A DNA stretch of 64,000 nt from positions 1,440,001-1,504,000 of the forward strand of contig CAWETI010000003.1 of NCBI GenBank assembly GCA_963812015.1, read 5' to 3'. The stretch is from an uncultured delta proteobacterium (lineage in GTDB: Bacteria; Desulfobacterota; Desulfobaccia; Desulfobaccales; 0-14-0-80-60-11). The notes under the pieces are model-generated. The model was not told where the DNA came from, ran no database searches, and saw only the letters and a list, made by a program, of their open reading frames with translations. Each line of letters begins with the position of its first letter. Positions within the stretch are counted from its first letter, which is position 1. Made by a program: the position numbers and the translations under genes. Positions 10,226 to 19,786 of the stretch are shown one piece after another.

Positions 10226-11428
10226 GTGAAATATATCGATGAAATTGACATCAAGGGCAAGACCCTCTTTATCCGGGTAGATTTTAACGTCCCTCTGGAT
10301 CAGAACCGCAACATCACGGACGACACCCGCATCCGGGCCGTGTTGCCCACCATCAATTATTGCCTGGAAGCCGATGCCAAGGTCATCCTGGCTTCTCATC
10401 TGGGGCGGCCCAAAGGTCAGCGGATGGAGGAGTTCTCCCTGGCGCCGGTGGCCCGGCGGCTGGCGTACCGGTTGCACAAGAAGGTGGGGCTGGCGCCGAA
10501 TTGCGTCGGTCCCGAAACGGATAAGGCTAAGGCAGAAATGAACCCCGGGGATGTGCTCCTCCTGGACAACCTGCGCTATCATCCCGAGGAAGAGAAAAAT
10601 GACCAGGATTTTGCCCGGGAATTGATGAAAGGCATCGACGTCTACGTGGACGACGCCTTCGCGGTGGCCCACCGGGCCCATGCCTCGGTGGAAGCGGTCA
10701 CCCATTTCGCCCCCATCTGCGTCGGCGGATTCCTGATGCGGGATGAGGTGCATTACTTTCACCGGGCCATGGAAGACCCGGCCCGCCCCCTGGCGGCCCT
10801 CATCGGCGGCGCCAAGATCTCCGGCAAGCTTACGGCTCTCAAGAATCTTTTGCAGCACGTCGACAAGATGATCATCGGCGGGGCCATGGCCAACACCTTT
10901 CTTAAAGCCATGGGCTATGAAGTGGGGAAATCCCTGGTGGAGGACAGCCTGTTGGAGGCCGCCAAGGAGACTATGGCCGAGGCCTTGCAAAGGAACGTCA
11001 AATTCTATCTGCCGGTGGACTGCGTGGTGGCCGACCGGCTGGACAAGCAGGCCGAAACCAAGATCATTCCGGTACAGGAAGTGCCCCGGGACTGGCTCAT
11101 CACCGACATCGGGCCCGCCACCGTGACCCTCTTCGGCGAGGCCCTGCAGAACGCCAAGACCATTGTCTGGAACGGGCCCATGGGGGCCTTCGAATACGAC
11201 GCCTTCAGCCGGGGCACCATGGCCATGGTGCAGAAGGTGGCGGATTCCTATGCCCTGACCATCGTGGGCGGCGGCGACACCGATGTGGCCCTGCATAAGG
11301 CCGGGGACTTCCAGAAATTCTCCTATGTCTCCACCGGCGGCGGCGCCTTCATCGAACTGCTGGAAGGCAAGAAGTTGCCCGGCATCCAGGCCCTGGAAGA
11401 ATGGTCCCGGAGGCATCCGGATGCCTAA
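10226..11428 (+). CDS. pgk: Phosphoglycerate kinase
   Basis: [38 protein letters not shown]. Confidence 0.98.
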   Translation: MKYIDEIDIKGKTLFIRVDFNVPLDQNRNITDDTRIRAVLPTINYCLEADAKVILASHLGRPKGQRMEEFSLAPVARRLAYRLHKKVGLAPNCVGPETDKAKAEMNPGDVLLLDNLRYHPEEEKNDQDFARELMKGIDVYVDDAFAVAHRAHASVEAVTHFAPICVGGFLMRDEVHYFHRAMEDPARPLAALIGGAKISGKLTALKNLLQHVDKMIIGGAMANTFLKAMGYEVGKSLVEDSLLEAAKETMAEALQRNVKFYLPVDCVVADRLDKQAETKIIPVQEVPRDWLITDIGPATVTLFGEALQNAKTIVWNGPMGAFEYDAFSRGTMAMVQKVADSYALTIVGGGDTDVALHKAGDFQKFSYVSTGGGAFIELLEGKKLPGIQALEEWSRRHPDA

Positions 11429-12173
11429 CCGCCAGCCCTTTATCGCCGGAAACTGGAAGATGCACAAGACCCTGGTCGAGGCCAGGGCTCTGGCCGCAGC
11501 TATCCGGGACGGGGTGGCTCCGGGCCGGCGGGCCGAGGTGGCCCTGGCCCCGCCCTATACCGCCCTGGCCGCGGTGGCCGATGCCCTGGCCGGGTCCGAC
11601 ATCCGTCTGGCCGCCCAGGACACCTTCTGGGAGAGGCAGGGCGCCTACACCGGGGCCATCTCCTCCATGATGCTGGCCGATGTGGGCTGCCACTACGTCA
11701 TCGTCGGGCATTCGGAGCGGCGCCTGCACTTCGGCGAGACCAATCACACGGTCAACCTGAAGCTTAAGGCGGTCCTGGCCGCGGGGCTCAAGGTCATCCT
11801 GTGCGTGGGCGAAACCAAAGAAGAACGGGAATCGGGCCTCACCATCCACCGGGTGGGGGAGCAGCTCCGGGAGGGACTGGCGGCTGTGGACGCCGCGCCG
11901 GACCAACTGGTCATCGCCTACGAACCGGTGTGGGCCATCGGTACGGGCCTCACCGCCACCCCGGCCCAGGCCCAGGAAGTGCATTTTTTTATCAGGCAGG
12001 AACTGTCCCGCCTCCTGGGCGCTGGTGATCCCTACCGCATTCAGTACGGCGGCAGCGTCACCCTGGACAACGCCGCCACCCTCCTGGCCCAGCCGGATAT
12101 CGACGGCGCCCTGGTGGGCGGGGCCTCTCTGAAGCCCGAGTTGTTCTTGCCGATTATCCATGCGGCGGGGTAG
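11421..12173 (+). CDS. tpiA: Triosephosphate isomerase
   Basis: [35 protein letters not shown] at 11421 overlaps the pgk end. Confidence 0.97.
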   Translation: MPNRQPFIAGNWKMHKTLVEARALAAAIRDGVAPGRRAEVALAPPYTALAAVADALAGSDIRLAAQDTFWERQGAYTGAISSMMLADVGCHYVIVGHSERRLHFGETNHTVNLKLKAVLAAGLKVILCVGETKEERESGLTIHRVGEQLREGLAAVDAAPDQLVIAYEPVWAIGTGLTATPAQAQEVHFFIRQELSRLLGAGDPYRIQYGGSVTLDNAATLLAQPDIDGALVGGASLKPELFLPIIHAAG

Positions 12174-12373
12174 CGCCCCGGGGGATTTCCGCCTATCGGC
12201 CATCGGGCTGCCTGGATAAACCTGACGCATGATTCGGCAATGATAAGGGAGGGCTCCGTGGTCCCGGGAATCGGCTGGCTGGCCTGATAAATGCCGGATT
12301 CCGGCATCGTCAGGGGTGAGGCGGCGAAAATGCTTGCGCCCGGACGGGGTTTTTTCTATATTATACAGTTGAT

Positions 12374-12700
12374 ATGACTACCATCGTCGTTATTATCCAT
12401 GTGATCGTGTCCCTGGCCCTGATCTTTATCGTGCTCTTGCAGCACGGCAAGGGCGCCGGCATCGGCGCGGCTTTCGGCGGCTCCAGCCAGACGGTCTTCG
12501 GCTCCACCGGGGCCGCGCCGTTCCTGGCCAAAATCACCGCGGTGGTCGCCATTCTCTTTATGTGCACTTCCCTCGGCCTGACCTTCATGGGCCGGCAGCA
12601 GGCCCCTTCGGTGATGCAGGGGGTGGGAAAACCGGGAGCCAGCCAACCGGCCCCGGCCACCCCGGCCCCGCCGGCTCCTGCCGCACCGCAAAGCAAATGA
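12374..12700 (+). CDS. secG: Preprotein translocase subunit SecG
   Basis: IVLLQHGKGAGIGAAFGGSSQTVFGS; conserved tpiA-secG-tRNA-Leu order. Confidence 0.96.
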   Translation: MTTIVVIIHVIVSLALIFIVLLQHGKGAGIGAAFGGSSQTVFGSTGAAPFLAKITAVVAILFMCTSLGLTFMGRQQAPSVMQGVGKPGASQPAPATPAPPAPAAPQSK

Positions 12701-12710
12701 CCATCCATGT

Positions 12711-12797
12711 GCCGAAGTGGTGGAACCTGGTAGACACGCCATCTTGAGGGGGTGGTGGGGAATACCCGTGCGGGTTCAAATCCCGCCTTCGGCACCA
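12711..12797 (+). tRNA. tRNA-Leu(GAG)
   Basis: GCCGAAG/CTTCGGC acceptor stem plus ACCA; anticodon arm CCATC-TTGAGGG-GGTGG; long variable arm; GGTTCAAATCC T-arm. Confidence 0.97.
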
Positions 12798-12840
12798 GTT
12801 CTTTAATTAAGGCGTAATCTCAAGAGGTTACGCCTTTGGT
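12777..12840 (+). repeat. attL: 64-bp direct repeat (tRNA 3' end plus terminator)
   Basis: 62 of 64 nt identical to 54558-54621. Confidence 0.95.
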
Positions 12841-12844
12841 TTTG
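12809..12844 (+). terminator. Intrinsic terminator downstream of tRNA-Leu
   Basis: Hairpin AAGGCGTAATCT-CAAG-AGGTTACGCCTT followed by a T-rich tail. Confidence 0.7.
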
Positions 12845-12952
12845 AGGTTCCGCCCCCCTTTGTCACGAATTTGTCACGGTTTTTTGTGGGCTGATGGGGC
12901 ATTTATCGTGATTACTCCACCCGTGACACCCGTGACAACAGTCACGGATTGC

Positions 12953-14134
12953 CTATTCACTCTCACCCCTTACCAGGCTGAAAGTCTGTCCTGGACTGGC
13001 CTTCGGCCCCCGCAAGGTTTTTACCAAGTCTTTTTTCCCTTCCCCCGGGATCCAGTGACCGTAAATATCTACCGTGATCGAGATGGAGCTATGCCCTAAC
13101 TGTTTTTGCACATAGGCGGGCGAGTAGTGGTCCATCAGCAGCATGGAGGCGTAAGTATGCCGGAGATCGTGGGGATTGTGAATCCGGAGCCGGGCGGCCT
13201 TACATCCTTGCTGCATGGCCCGCTGGACCATGCGCTGGGTGATCCCTGGGAAGAGGTAGGGGCTCGGCAACCTGCCATCGGCTAGGCTCTCTTTCCGCAT
13301 CTTTTTGATGTAGACCTCCAGCTTGCCCACCAGGGTTTCATCCAGATCAATCAGCCTTTTGCCACTTTTCGGCGGCCCAAAGCGGCCCGCCCGGGTGGTC
13401 TCAGTCACATAATATTGACCGTTATGAGCGTCCAGGTTCTCCACAGTCATTGCCAAGGCTTCCCCTAAACGCAGACCGGCCATTGCCATCACTTCCAAGA
13501 TCAGGGGATAAGGTTCAAGAAGTTTATCCCAGGCGGCCTTTAGAAAATTTTCCAGGTCTTGCCGGGATAAGGGATCCGGCTCGTTGCGGACCCTCTTTTT
13601 CTTGGAAGGCAGGAGCCGCTTGAGCAGTCCATGAGCCGGGTTAACCTCGGTATAGCCCAACTCGTTGCCTTCGGTGAAAATACCGGAAATCACAGCATGC
13701 ACTACTTCCACGGTTTTTGGCGATCGGATTTTAAGCAGGTCGGCTAGAAGCCGCTTCACCTGGGCCTTATCCACTTGCTCCAGTAGCAGCTTTTCCAGGG
13801 GTCGCAGAAATTCCCGGACAATGCATTCATACCGCTCCTTAGTGCCGGGGCGCCACCGGGCAGCATTGAGTTCATACCATTCTTGGGCCAGCATCCCAAA
13901 GGTCATATCTGTCGCTTCTCTCATAAGAGTCAGGCCCAAACTGGCTGCCAGATTTTCGGCTGCTTTAACCGCCTTCTTAAAATTGTCTTCCCCTTTACCA
14001 ATAGCCTTCTTCTTCCTATGGCTCGCCCTCCTTAAGATTACCTCCCAACTCCCAAATTCATTGAGGCTGACGAAAATCCCTTCTGAAATTTGATAGATGG
14101 GGCCATGCTTGCCTTCCCTCTGCGGGTAACTCAC
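12953..14134 (-). CDS. int: Tyrosine recombinase/integrase
   Basis: Catalytic motifs GLRLGEALAM, KSGKR, HDLRHTYAS, QLGHSSISITVDIYGH; adjacent to attL. Confidence 0.95.
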   Translation of the reverse strand: MSYPQREGKHGPIYQISEGIFVSLNEFGSWEVILRRASHRKKKAIGKGEDNFKKAVKAAENLAASLGLTLMREATDMTFGMLAQEWYELNAARWRPGTKERYECIVREFLRPLEKLLLEQVDKAQVKRLLADLLKIRSPKTVEVVHAVISGIFTEGNELGYTEVNPAHGLLKRLLPSKKKRVRNEPDPLSRQDLENFLKAAWDKLLEPYPLILEVMAMAGLRLGEALAMTVENLDAHNGQYYVTETTRAGRFGPPKSGKRLIDLDETLVGKLEVYIKKMRKESLADGRLPSPYLFPGITQRMVQRAMQQGCKAARLRIHNPHDLRHTYASMLLMDHYSPAYVQKQLGHSSISITVDIYGHWIPGEGKKDLVKTLRGPKASPGQTFSLVRGESE

Positions 14135-14135
14135 T

Positions 14136-14393
14136 CTACACCTCCTTCATAACCTGGTCCCATATGGCATTCAGGTCAGTGGAGGTGCCGTTGCGGAACT
14201 GCTTTACCCAGACATCAAACTCGCTTCTCCTCACCCGGATACAGCGGCCGATCCGGTAATGAGGCATGTTAAAATCATGTAGCCATTTTTTCAAGGTATT
14301 TCTGGAAACAGAAGCATAGACCGCCAATCCCGAAAGAGAAAAGTATTCAGGCGAAAAAGTTGATAAGTTCTTAATGGAGATAAAATCGGTCAT
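14136..14393 (-). CDS. Excisionase-like helix-turn-helix protein
   Basis: 85 aa; YFSLSGLAVYASVSRNTLKKW...MPHYRIGRCIRVRRSEFDVW; directly upstream of int. Confidence 0.85.
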   Translation of the reverse strand: MTDFISIKNLSTFSPEYFSLSGLAVYASVSRNTLKKWLHDFNMPHYRIGRCIRVRRSEFDVWVKQFRNGTSTDLNAIWDQVMKEV

Positions 14394-14545
14394 CTCTTAT
14401 AGTTGCTTATCTAATGCTTCCGGACCATGCCCAAGGGCCACAGAACTGGGGACATTAAGGAAAATCCATTTTCACACCATCGCCCAACCCCAGCTCACAA
14501 ACTGACAATAAATTGCCCGTTTTCTACTGAGCCTCATTTTTCCTT

Positions 14546-16465
14546 CTACTTAAAAAAAGTGCCCCAGGGCCGGCCGGTCACTGGGTTGATTCCCCTCTCC
14601 TCCGCCACCGGCCGCGGCCGTTCGGGCTCTGGCTTCGGCAACACCTTTACCCCGCCCCAGCATTCCGGGTCGGCCATGGCCAGGGCGTAGATGATAGTAT
14701 CCAGGTAATGGTTAGCCTGCCGCCCCTGCTGGGCCCAGAGCCAACGGCCCCTTTTGTCCCGCTCCTTGGCCTCGGCGGTGAGCTGCCTGACAAAGTCCTC
14801 CCCAGTGTCGGCGTGGAAGTGGACCCGGCCCGACTCCACCCGGGACCAGAAGGCGTCCTTTAAGGCATTGGTGTCCAGGGACCAGAGCCGTATGCCGCCG
14901 GGAATAGGCCGGCCTTGGCCCGGCATACGGTCGATGAGGCTCATCACCATCTTGCGGCCCCCCGCCAGGGCCCGGGAGGCGCCCTTGGTCCCGAAGACCC
15001 GACCCCGGCCCCGCAGCCGCAGCCATTCATATGCCTGTTCCGTAAGGCTGGCGTCGCCCGCCTCCCCTTCACCACCGCCGGTGTCGAGGGCTCCGCGCCA
15101 CACCGGATAGGCTAGGGAACCGTCCCGAGTGCGGTAGACGTCCTGGAAAAGCCAGATCTCCAGTTCGGTGAAGTCCGAGAGCCAACCGTAGCGGATGAGA
15201 TGCTGATTGACGGCCCCGCTCGCGGTCTGCTCCCAGGCCCAGATGGAGCACCACAAACCCCGGCGCTGGTTATCGATTCCCGCGGTCAGGGCCAGGGTAT
15301 TGTCTGGGACCTCCAGGGCCGGCCGCGCGGTACACAATTCCAGGAGGGCTGAGGCTTCCCGCGGCTTCACCACCTCTTTCCAGGGCAGGCCCAGCCATAG
15401 ATTGACAAAGGTCTTGTACTGCTCCCGGTCCTCTTTGACCTCCCAATATTTGGCGGCGATCTCGGCCAGAGTGGCAAAAGGCGAATTCAGAGCGTTCCAA
15501 TGATAGCCGACATGCGAGGTTAGTGGGGGCAGCCCCTGCCCCTGCGGGTCCCAACCTTCCGGCAGCCAGTTTCCCCGAGTCAACATTCCCGGCAGCTTGC
15601 CTTGCTCAATCTCCGCCTGGCAATGGATGCATTCATAAACTGCCGGCCGCTCCAGCTTGACATAATCGGGGTGCCGCTTGTCCTTGGGCCACTCCAGCCG
15701 TTTCTCGCCCCGGTGCTTTACCTGCCAGAAATCCAGTACCTGGTAACCGCCACACTCGGAGCAGGGCATCCAATAGCGGCGACGGTCGGAACGCTGATAA
15801 TCGGTATTGATGAAGCCCTCGGGGACGGTCGGGGTACAGGCCGTAACGATCTTGCGGTTCCAGAAGGTGCGCCCCCGCATCTCTGCCATCTGCGTAGGCG
15901 AACCCTGGCCCTCCACGTCAGCGGGATACTTGTCCGTCTCATCCTCAAAAATATAGCGGGCCTCGAATTCACCCAGGTCGGCAGCGCTGCCCGCAGTGGC
16001 GAAGATGATCTCCAGGTTGTTCAGGATGATGGACTTCTTTTGCAGATCGTCGGGGTTGTCAGTCAGGTGCTCGGCGAGTTTTGGACTCTCCTTGATCATC
16101 CGCTGGATACGCCGGCAGGCCCGCTTCACGGACTTTTCCGTCGGCCCCACCCATAGGACCGGCCCCGGATCTTGGCAGATGACATAGCCCAGCATATTGA
16201 GCAGGATTTCGGTTTTGACCGAACGGGCCGAAGCCATCAGGGTGATCCGCTCCACCTGCGGATCGGTGAAGGCATCCATGGGTCCGCAGGCGAATGGTGC
16301 CAGGCGGTTGCTCCAGCGCCCGGGGATGGAGGCGTCTTTGGGAAATTCCCGGTAGCGCTCGGCCCACTGGCTCACCGTCAGATCCTCCGGCAGGGCCAGG
16401 GCGGCGCGCTCAAGGGGCCACCAGTTAATATGAGGCAAAAAGGTCTCGACTGATTCGTGGTTCAT
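14546..16465 (-). CDS. Phage terminase large subunit, lambda GpA family
   Basis: 639 aa; LTVSQWAERYR, deviant Walker A SARSVKTE, Walker B IFEDETDKY, ACTPT, CSEC/CIHC, LTAGIDNQ, LDTGG, NHYLDTIIYA. Confidence 0.92.
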   Translation of the reverse strand: MNHESVETFLPHINWWPLERAALALPEDLTVSQWAERYREFPKDASIPGRWSNRLAPFACGPMDAFTDPQVERITLMASARSVKTEILLNMLGYVICQDPGPVLWVGPTEKSVKRACRRIQRMIKESPKLAEHLTDNPDDLQKKSIILNNLEIIFATAGSAADLGEFEARYIFEDETDKYPADVEGQGSPTQMAEMRGRTFWNRKIVTACTPTVPEGFINTDYQRSDRRRYWMPCSECGGYQVLDFWQVKHRGEKRLEWPKDKRHPDYVKLERPAVYECIHCQAEIEQGKLPGMLTRGNWLPEGWDPQGQGLPPLTSHVGYHWNALNSPFATLAEIAAKYWEVKEDREQYKTFVNLWLGLPWKEVVKPREASALLELCTARPALEVPDNTLALTAGIDNQRRGLWCSIWAWEQTASGAVNQHLIRYGWLSDFTELEIWLFQDVYRTRDGSLAYPVWRGALDTGGGEGEAGDASLTEQAYEWLRLRGRGRVFGTKGASRALAGGRKMVMSLIDRMPGQGRPIPGGIRLWSLDTNALKDAFWSRVESGRVHFHADTGEDFVRQLTAEAKERDKRGRWLWAQQGRQANHYLDTIIYALAMADPECWGGVKVLPKPEPERPRPVAEERGINPVTGRPWGTFFK

Positions 16466-16480
16466 TGTTGGTCTTTCACT

Positions 16481-17221
16481 TCATAAAGGCTTTATAACGT
16501 CCTGGGGCAAAATGGGGTCTTCGCTGGCCGCCTGTGTCCCGAACTTCTCCGGCAGCGGCCGGCAGATATTCTCCAGGTGCTCCCGGGCCACCCGGCTGAT
16601 GACCGCCTCTATTTCGCGCTCATTCGTGCAATAAATGAGCAGCGGCGGCAATAACCGAGCGAAGCCGAGCATAGAGACCTTGAAGGCCATGGCTCGGGCC
16701 GCAAATAACGCCTCTACCTCGCCCCGCTCCACCAACTCCCCCAATCGGGCCCGATATTCCAATTGCCGGACCAGGGCCTGATATTTTTTGCCTTCTTTGT
16801 CCCAAAAATCCTTGCCGCTTTCTTCCGGCAAATTCCACTGTCTCTGTTCTTGCTCCCCGGGGCGCCCTGGACCACGCACCCCCTGCTGCCTATCCCGCCA
16901 GGCCCGGATCTGGATCAGGTCGTAGCGCCCACCGGATAGGGAGGGCATTCCTTGTTTGTAAGCCCAGCGCTGGACCGTCCGCAAAGACTTCTTGAAATGC
17001 CCGGCCACCTTTTCCAAACTATCGACGATGCTATCGCTCGTCGCCTCCGGTTTTTCCTCGGGCTTACCTCTCAATTTTTTTTCTAATAATTCAAAAGACT
17101 TTACCTCTCCAGGGGTTAGGATCTCACCCCCTTGGATTTTTTTCAAAATATCCTGGTAGGCCTTAGCGGTGGCCTTCGGGCCCAGATTTAATAACTTTTC
17201 AGTATCCAGACCTTCAGTCAT
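16481..17221 (-). CDS. Terminase small subunit, Nu1-like
   Basis: Winged-HTH segment SLRTVQRWAYKQGMP..GRYDLIQIRAW and coiled segment RQLEYRARLGELVERGEVE; directly upstream of terL. Confidence 0.75.
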   Translation of the reverse strand: MTEGLDTEKLLNLGPKATAKAYQDILKKIQGGEILTPGEVKSFELLEKKLRGKPEEKPEATSDSIVDSLEKVAGHFKKSLRTVQRWAYKQGMPSLSGGRYDLIQIRAWRDRQQGVRGPGRPGEQEQRQWNLPEESGKDFWDKEGKKYQALVRQLEYRARLGELVERGEVEALFAARAMAFKVSMLGFARLLPPLLIYCTNEREIEAVISRVAREHLENICRPLPEKFGTQAASEDPILPQDVIKPL

Positions 17222-17222
17222 T

Positions 17223-18458
17223 TTAGGCGCAGACCTCAATCAGCTTCGGCTCAAGGCCCATCTGGGCCAGGCGCTCCAGGGTGACGGCGACGTATTCGGG
17301 GGCGATTTCCATCCCGTAACAAACCCGCCTGAGTTGCTCTGCGGCAACCATTGCCGTGCCAGATCCAAGGAAGGGATCATAAATTATCTCACCCTCCTGG
17401 GAACTGTTTTTGATAGCCCTGGCGATTAACTCCACCGGCTTCATGGTGGGATGAAATTCGGATTTTAGAGGCTTATCCACCTCCCACAATGAATTCTCGC
17501 CGGCGCCTCCATAGAACCTATGCCCCGCCCCCTCCACCCAGACGTAGATAATCGGCTCATGCTTGTAGTTGTAGTCTGAACGTCCCAGGACGTGATTATT
17601 CTTTGCCCAGATCAAGATGTGGTGCAGAGGGAAACCGGAATCTTTAAGTGCCAGGAGGAGGAAGAGGAGGAGATCCCCGCCTTGGGGTCCGGTCACATAA
17701 TAACAGGCCCCCGGCCTGGCGTGGCTGCGTGCAGCCGTGAATGCTGCCCTCCAAAAGGCTGACATTTCCTCCGGGTTTTGATGATCACATGCAATGGGAG
17801 TCTGAATACGGTTGCCTTTGTCAATCGCATTCAGGAACTTATTTTTTGCGGCGTAAGAAACTCCATAAGGGGGATCGGTCACGAGAAGGTCATACTTGTC
17901 ATTATCAAACAATTTGTCAGAGTGAAGGCAATCCTCGCAAGCTACCCGATGCCGCCCCACCCGCCATATCTGCCCTAAAGCCGTACCCCACTTTTCTTGA
18001 AGCTCCCCTGCCTTGTCAATCTCCGGGCCGGGGTCCTCTGGCACAGGCTCGCCGCCGGCGCCTTCCAGCTTTAAAATATCGGTCAACTCATCCAGATCAA
18101 ATCCTGTTAAATCCATATCAAAATTCATTTCCTGCAGCGCTTTGAGTTCGAGTCCTCAAATCTCTGGAAACCATTCAGACTCGGACACCTTGTTATCAGC
18201 AATCCGGGCAGCCCGGGCCTGTTCGGGGCTTAAGTAATCAGCCACCACCACCGGCACGGTCTTGAGGCCCAGCGTTTGGGCCGCCATTAACCGCCCATGG
18301 CCCTTAATGATCACCATATCCGCATCCACTACAATCGGCTGATCCCATTGAAACTCTGCTATCTGGTCGGCCAGCTTTTTGACCTGGCCCTCCGGGTGCG
18401 CCTTAGCATTTTGGGCGTAAGGAGAGATCTTCTCAATCGGGATCTGTTCAATTTTCAT
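17223..18458 (-). pseudogene. ParB-N-terminal / N6-N4 DNA methyltransferase fusion interrupted by an in-frame TGA (18156-18158)
   Basis: ParB part PYAQNAKAH...IIKGHGRLMAA...IADNK reads in frame through EI*GLELKALQEMNFD into an MTase with TDPPY, HPTMKP and DPFLGSGT. Confidence 0.85.
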
Positions 18459-18554
18459 ACAATTTTCCTTTCCCTAAAATTTGCTTGTCGTTAATAACGT
18501 TAATGTGAGCTAACGACATTCGGCGACACCCGAAAAAAATGTCTTGCTTGGAAA

Positions 18555-18603
18555 AGCAGAGCGCCTCCGTACCCTTGTTAAATTTTGCCCCAGGAAGGAC
18601 CCG
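18555..18603 (-). other. Putative lambda-type cos packaging site (cosQ-like GGGTCCT at 18602-18596 plus adjacent cosN-like segment)
   Basis: Minus strand CGGGTCCTTCCTGGGGCAAAATTTAACAAGGGTACGGAGGCGCT, upstream of the MTase-terS-terL block; matches the lambda cosQ heptamer and its position. Confidence 0.6.
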
Positions 18604-18656
18604 CTGAGGCCGCCAACCTTGACCGGCTCCATTTCCACGCCCCACACGCTCTCGCT

Positions 18657-19679
18657 TCATGTTGCACCTCCATACTCAGCAAGGCCGGCCTGTACCCACG
18701 CCCTGAGTTTCATGCCGCCTTTAAACATTTCGCCGGGGTCCTTACCGCCAATGGGGGGCCAGCGCCGCGCCTGAGGATAGTGGTCTATCCACCAGTGCCA
18801 GGCCTCCCATGCGCCGGCCCGGTCAGCATCCAAACTAACCAGGATCAACCGGCTGTGCTGCAAGAGATTCGCCGCTTCCCGGTCCGGCCTGGCCTGGGCA
18901 TTTCCCAGGGCCGCCAGGTTCGCCAGGTCGCCGGCCTCTTGCTGCAAGAGTAGGGCGTCAAGCTCCGATTCCACCAGAACGGTCACGGGCTCCCGCTCGC
19001 CTATCAGCATCGCTTTGGTGCTTGCCCCCCGCACGATGTAGTAACGGGGCTCGCCTTCAGGCCGCCGGATTCGCACCCGTTGCACTTGGCCGCCTTGAAA
19101 GAGGGGAATCGTTAACCCTTTCGGAAGCCACAACTTCTTAGGCCTGCCGTTGTCCTTCAGGACCTCCGCCAAGCCCCAGGCCGGCGCTGCCTCCCACCGA
19201 TCATCCGGGATATAGCCCAGGTAAAACTTTTTGATGGTATCGGGGTTAAGCCCTTTCTCCTTACTTAGGAATTCCACCACTACCTTGCCCGATGCTGCCC
19301 AAAGATGGTAAATGGCGTCCTCCACCAGCCGGCGGGCTTGCCGTTGCCATAGATCATCGGGAGAGCAGCAGGTCCGGGGCTCCCAGGTGGGTTTGCTCAC
19401 TGGCTTATCGCCCGCCAAGGGCGACCGGGGCTCCCGGCCCAGGCATTCGCAGGCTACCCGGTAGCTCATGCGCCGATAATCCTTGAGGTATTGAATTGCA
19501 TCGCCAGCGCGCCCGCACTGCCGACACCAGTATTTGCCCACATCGCCTTGATTGGGCCAGCAGCGGAACCGATCCCGGCCCCCACACCAGGGACACGGCC
19601 CGCAATACTCGCCGCCGTGTGTACACCCGACACGTTTAGTAAGAAATCCATCTGCTTGAATTAACTCAATAATTGTCAT
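18657..19679 (-). CDS. Primase with P4-alpha-type zinc-binding domain and TOPRIM domain
   Basis: GPCPWCGGRDRF...WCRQCGRAGDAI; TOPRIM motifs VLVESELDA and VSLDAD; KDPGE. Confidence 0.85.
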   Translation of the reverse strand: MTIIELIQADGFLTKRVGCTHGGEYCGPCPWCGGRDRFRCWPNQGDVGKYWCRQCGRAGDAIQYLKDYRRMSYRVACECLGREPRSPLAGDKPVSKPTWEPRTCCSPDDLWQRQARRLVEDAIYHLWAASGKVVVEFLSKEKGLNPDTIKKFYLGYIPDDRWEAAPAWGLAEVLKDNGRPKKLWLPKGLTIPLFQGGQVQRVRIRRPEGEPRYYIVRGASTKAMLIGEREPVTVLVESELDALLLQQEAGDLANLAALGNAQARPDREAANLLQHSRLILVSLDADRAGAWEAWHWWIDHYPQARRWPPIGGKDPGEMFKGGMKLRAWVQAGLAEYGGAT

Positions 19680-19695
19680 AGCTAACCATTTTTAG

Positions 19696-19786
19696 TGTAC
19701 CGATGTAGCGCTTTACCCATTATTCTCCCTAGGAAACCTGTGTTTTTGGTTTTAGACTTTTATGGGGGTTTGGGTACATCGGTACA
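19696..19786. repeat. Perfect 12-bp inverted repeat flanking a 67-bp T-rich spacer; candidate replication origin
   Basis: TGTACCGATGTA (19696-19707) and TACATCGGTACA (19775-19786), between the helicase and primase genes. Confidence 0.65.

Noticed and set aside
2218..12230. Long alternative-frame ORFs (e.g. 2218-3069, 7855-8847, 9307-10260, 10199-11467, 11349-12230)
   Set aside because: They overlap well-supported genes on the opposite strand, as expected in high-GC DNA.
12356..12795. Minus-strand ORFs of 128 and 144 aa
   Set aside because: They are antisense shadows of secG and the tRNA (MPKAGFEPAR is a typical reverse-tRNA translation).
18156..18158. Selenocysteine recoding of the in-frame TGA
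   Set aside because: The position is a linker residue where Leu is expected, not a catalytic Cys, and no convincing SECIS-like hairpin was seen.
18448..18660. 70-aa ORF between primase and ParB-MTase
   Set aside because: No recognisable features, and it overlaps the cos-like site, which explains the sequence better.
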